DNA from: Eubacteriales bacterium
Lineage (GTDB): Bacteria > Bacillota > Clostridia > Oscillospirales > CAG-272
Assembly (NCBI GenBank): GCA_045659745.1
Contig: JAZRCL010000081.1
Coordinates: forward strand, 1-47,697
Length of the DNA: 47,697 nucleotides
Direction of reading: 5' to 3'
The translations under genes and the position numbers were made by a program. The notes under the pieces were generated by a model. It ran no database searches. It saw nothing but the letters and a program-made list of their open reading frames with translations, and was not told the origin of the DNA. Shown here piece by piece: positions 45,745-47,697 of the stretch (positions within the stretch are counted from its first letter, which is position 1; each line of letters begins with the position of its first letter).

Positions 45745-46674
45745 TCAAAGATTCATTTGACTGAGGAGTCGCTTGTTGAACTCTTCTGCAGTGTTATAAC
45801 CCATCTTTTTCTGACGGTTATTCATAGCCGCGATTTCAAGAATGATGGCGAGGTTACGTCCGGGACGGACAGGAATTGTGATAGCGGGAATCTTTATTCC
45901 GAGAATGTCAACCTTCTGCTCGTCAAGACCAAGGCGGTCGTACATCTTGCCCTGAACCCAGGGCTCGAGATTGATAACCAAGTCAATTTTTTCGGACTGC
46001 TTGACCGCACCCATACCGAAAAGACGGCGAATGTCCACGATGCCGATGCCGCGAAGCTCGACGTAGTGGCGGATTATCTCGGGAGCGTTGCCCACAAGTG
46101 TTTTCGCGGAAACTCTCTTTATCTCTACCGCGTCGTCCGCGATAAGTCTGTGACCTCTTTTTACAAGCTCTATAGCCGTTTCGGACTTACCTACGCCGCT
46201 GTCGCCAAGTAGCAGAAGTCCCTCGCCGTAAACCTCGATAAGAACGCCGTGACGGGTAATTCTGGGCGCAAGATAGGTGTTGAGCGAGCCAATAAGCGCC
46301 GCCATGATTGTACTTGTCTTTTCCTCTGTACGAAGCACGGGGACCCCGTGGACTCTTGCAGCCTCTGCCATTTCCTCAAGCACCTCAAGGCCTGAGGTGT
46401 ATATAACTGCGTTGGGGCGCGCCTCAATAAAGTCCCAGATCTTCTTTTTTCTGTCCTCGGGCTCAAGCTCGGACAGATACTTATGCTCGGCGTTTCCAAT
46501 CAGGTGCAGACGCTCCTCGTCAAAAATGTCATAAAATCCCGTGAGAGCAAGACCGGGGCGCATTACCTCGGGGGTTTGTACGAGAATTTTGTCAAAATTT
46601 TCGGGAACTACTACCTGTTCAAGCTTAAATTCCTCTGCAAGCTGTGACAGGGGAATGCTGTATATTTCTTCCAT
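45745..46674 (-). CDS. hprK: HPr(Ser) kinase/phosphorylase
   Basis: RPGLALTG, HGVLIEVYGEG.LL.GDSGVGKSETAIEL, LIADD, ELRGIGI and IPVRPGRNLA. Confidence 0.97.
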   Translation of the reverse strand: MEEIYSIPLSQLAEEFKLEQVVVPENFDKILVQTPEVMRPGLALTGFYDIFDEERLHLIGNAEHKYLSELEPEDRKKKIWDFIEARPNAVIYTSGLEVLEEMAEAARVHGVPVLRTEEKTSTIMAALIGSLNTYLAPRITRHGVLIEVYGEGLLLLGDSGVGKSETAIELVKRGHRLIADDAVEIKRVSAKTLVGNAPEIIRHYVELRGIGIVDIRRLFGMGAVKQSEKIDLVINLEPWVQGKMYDRLGLDEQKVDILGIKIPAITIPVRPGRNLAIILEIAAMNNRQKKMGYNTAEEFNKRLLSQMNL

Positions 46675-46854
46675 AGCCTTTACTCCTTTGTCTGTTTTTC
46701 GGGGAAAAGTCTTCTCTGAAGTCCATTATAACATATTTTTTTGGTTTTGCATAGAGTTTTTTCAAAAATATGCCTTCAAAAAATTCGCAAATTCACACCC
46801 TTGTCATAATAATGCTGTATAATTACTCTGTAAAAATGTTTTTTGGAGAGCGAA

Positions 46855-47697
46855 ATGTCTGAAAATAATAAAAATAAACCTATTTCCCGCGAGGAACTCA
46901 AGGAAATAGTCAAAAAGAGAAAGAAAAAGAAGATAATTCTGGTCACCTGCATTACGGTTGCGGCAATAATTGTTGCGACTCTTATTGGTGTGCTTATCTG
47001 GCAGCTTGCGAGAGTCAAGCCCATAAAGAGGACTGACGAGCAGGCAGAGGTCGTGGGCAAGGTAGGGAACTATGATATCTATTACGACGAATTTTCCTAT
47101 CTTGTGAGCATTCACAAGGCGGATATTGAGTACAAGTACGGCACTGTGAATTGGGAGGGCAACTCTGATTTTGCAAACAAATGCAAGGAATTTGTAATGC
47201 AGGGCGTTCTTGATGACATTGAAAAGAACTACATAGTGCTTACTCTGTGCGAGCAGAACGGCATAGATACCGATAGCAAGGAGATAAACAGAGAAGTCAA
47301 CTCCCAGATAAAGACAATTATCAAGGAGGAGTTCGACGGCAAGCGTTCCGAGTATAAGGCGTGGCTTTCAGAGAATAATCTTTCTGACGCGTATTACAGA
47401 CTCGTATGGAAGGTAAGCATTCTTGAGGAAAAGCTCCTTGAAAAGCTTATTGAGGACGGAGACTACATAGAGTACAGCGTAAAGAATATTCCCGATTTTG
47501 TTGAGTACGCAAAGGAAAGCGACGATTTCATGTGCACCACTCATGTATATTATCCTAAGTGGTATAAGGATTACAAGCGCGACGAGAACGGTAATATAGT
47601 GTCATTCCTTTCGAACGTATCAGAGAAGACGTCGTCTCTGGCAAACGGCACGGCGAATGCGCTCGGCAATATAACCGATAACGCTCAAAGATATGCG
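46855..47697 (+). CDS. Membrane-anchored SurA/PrsA-like protein, truncated by the window end
   Basis: Hand-read open frame from ATG 46855 (after GGAG) to the end: basic N-terminus, one TM, VVGKVGNYDIYYDEF and YKAWL.ENNLS SurA_N-like helices. Confidence 0.6.
   Translation, partial: MSENNKNKPISREELKEIVKKRKKKKIILVTCITVAAIIVATLIGVLIWQLARVKPIKRTDEQAEVVGKVGNYDIYYDEFSYLVSIHKADIEYKYGTVNWEGNSDFANKCKEFVMQGVLDDIEKNYIVLTLCEQNGIDTDSKEINREVNSQIKTIIKEEFDGKRSEYKAWLSENNLSDAYYRLVWKVSILEEKLLEKLIEDGDYIEYSVKNIPDFVEYAKESDDFMCTTHVYYPKWYKDYKRDENGNIVSFLSNVSEKTSSLANGTANALGNITDNAQRYA

Overview
About 47.7 kb of chromosome from a Gram-positive Clostridia-type (Oscillospirales/Ruminococcaceae-like) bacterium. The taxonomy is inferred from near-consensus sigmaA promoters, hprK, and CotH and LysM-CAP genes. 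The first ~25 kb holds mostly short transcription units: three XRE regulators, Pth2, a GH43-like hydrolase, 5'-nucleotidase, DNA-deoxyinosine glycosylase, an ABC exporter, a CotH lipoprotein, tRNA-Ser, a Fur-family/ZnuACB operon and a BspA-type LRR protein. It also has a guanine-type purine riboswitch built as an ON switch in front of a membrane-domain/nucleoside-kinase fusion. An ~18 kb carbohydrate locus (25.8-43.8 kb) follows. It encodes an FGGY kinase, an AraR-like GntR regulator, an ABC importer, three lipoproteins sharing an unrecognised ~300-aa domain (one fused to an SGNH esterase), a 1,147-aa surface protein with repeated domains, a GH65 enzyme and beta-PGM. The window ends with a deletion-fused glycyl-radical enzyme/activase relic, tRNA-fMet, tRNA-Leu, hprK and a truncated PrsA-like gene. 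tRNA-Ser and tRNA-fMet each carry a 3'-anchored element of the same architecture, made of inverted and direct copies of their own tRNA. The strongest leads are the GH65 locus with the tripled unknown domain, the riboswitch-kinase unit and the tRNA-templated repeats. All protein calls come from motif recognition by eye; no database searches were run.
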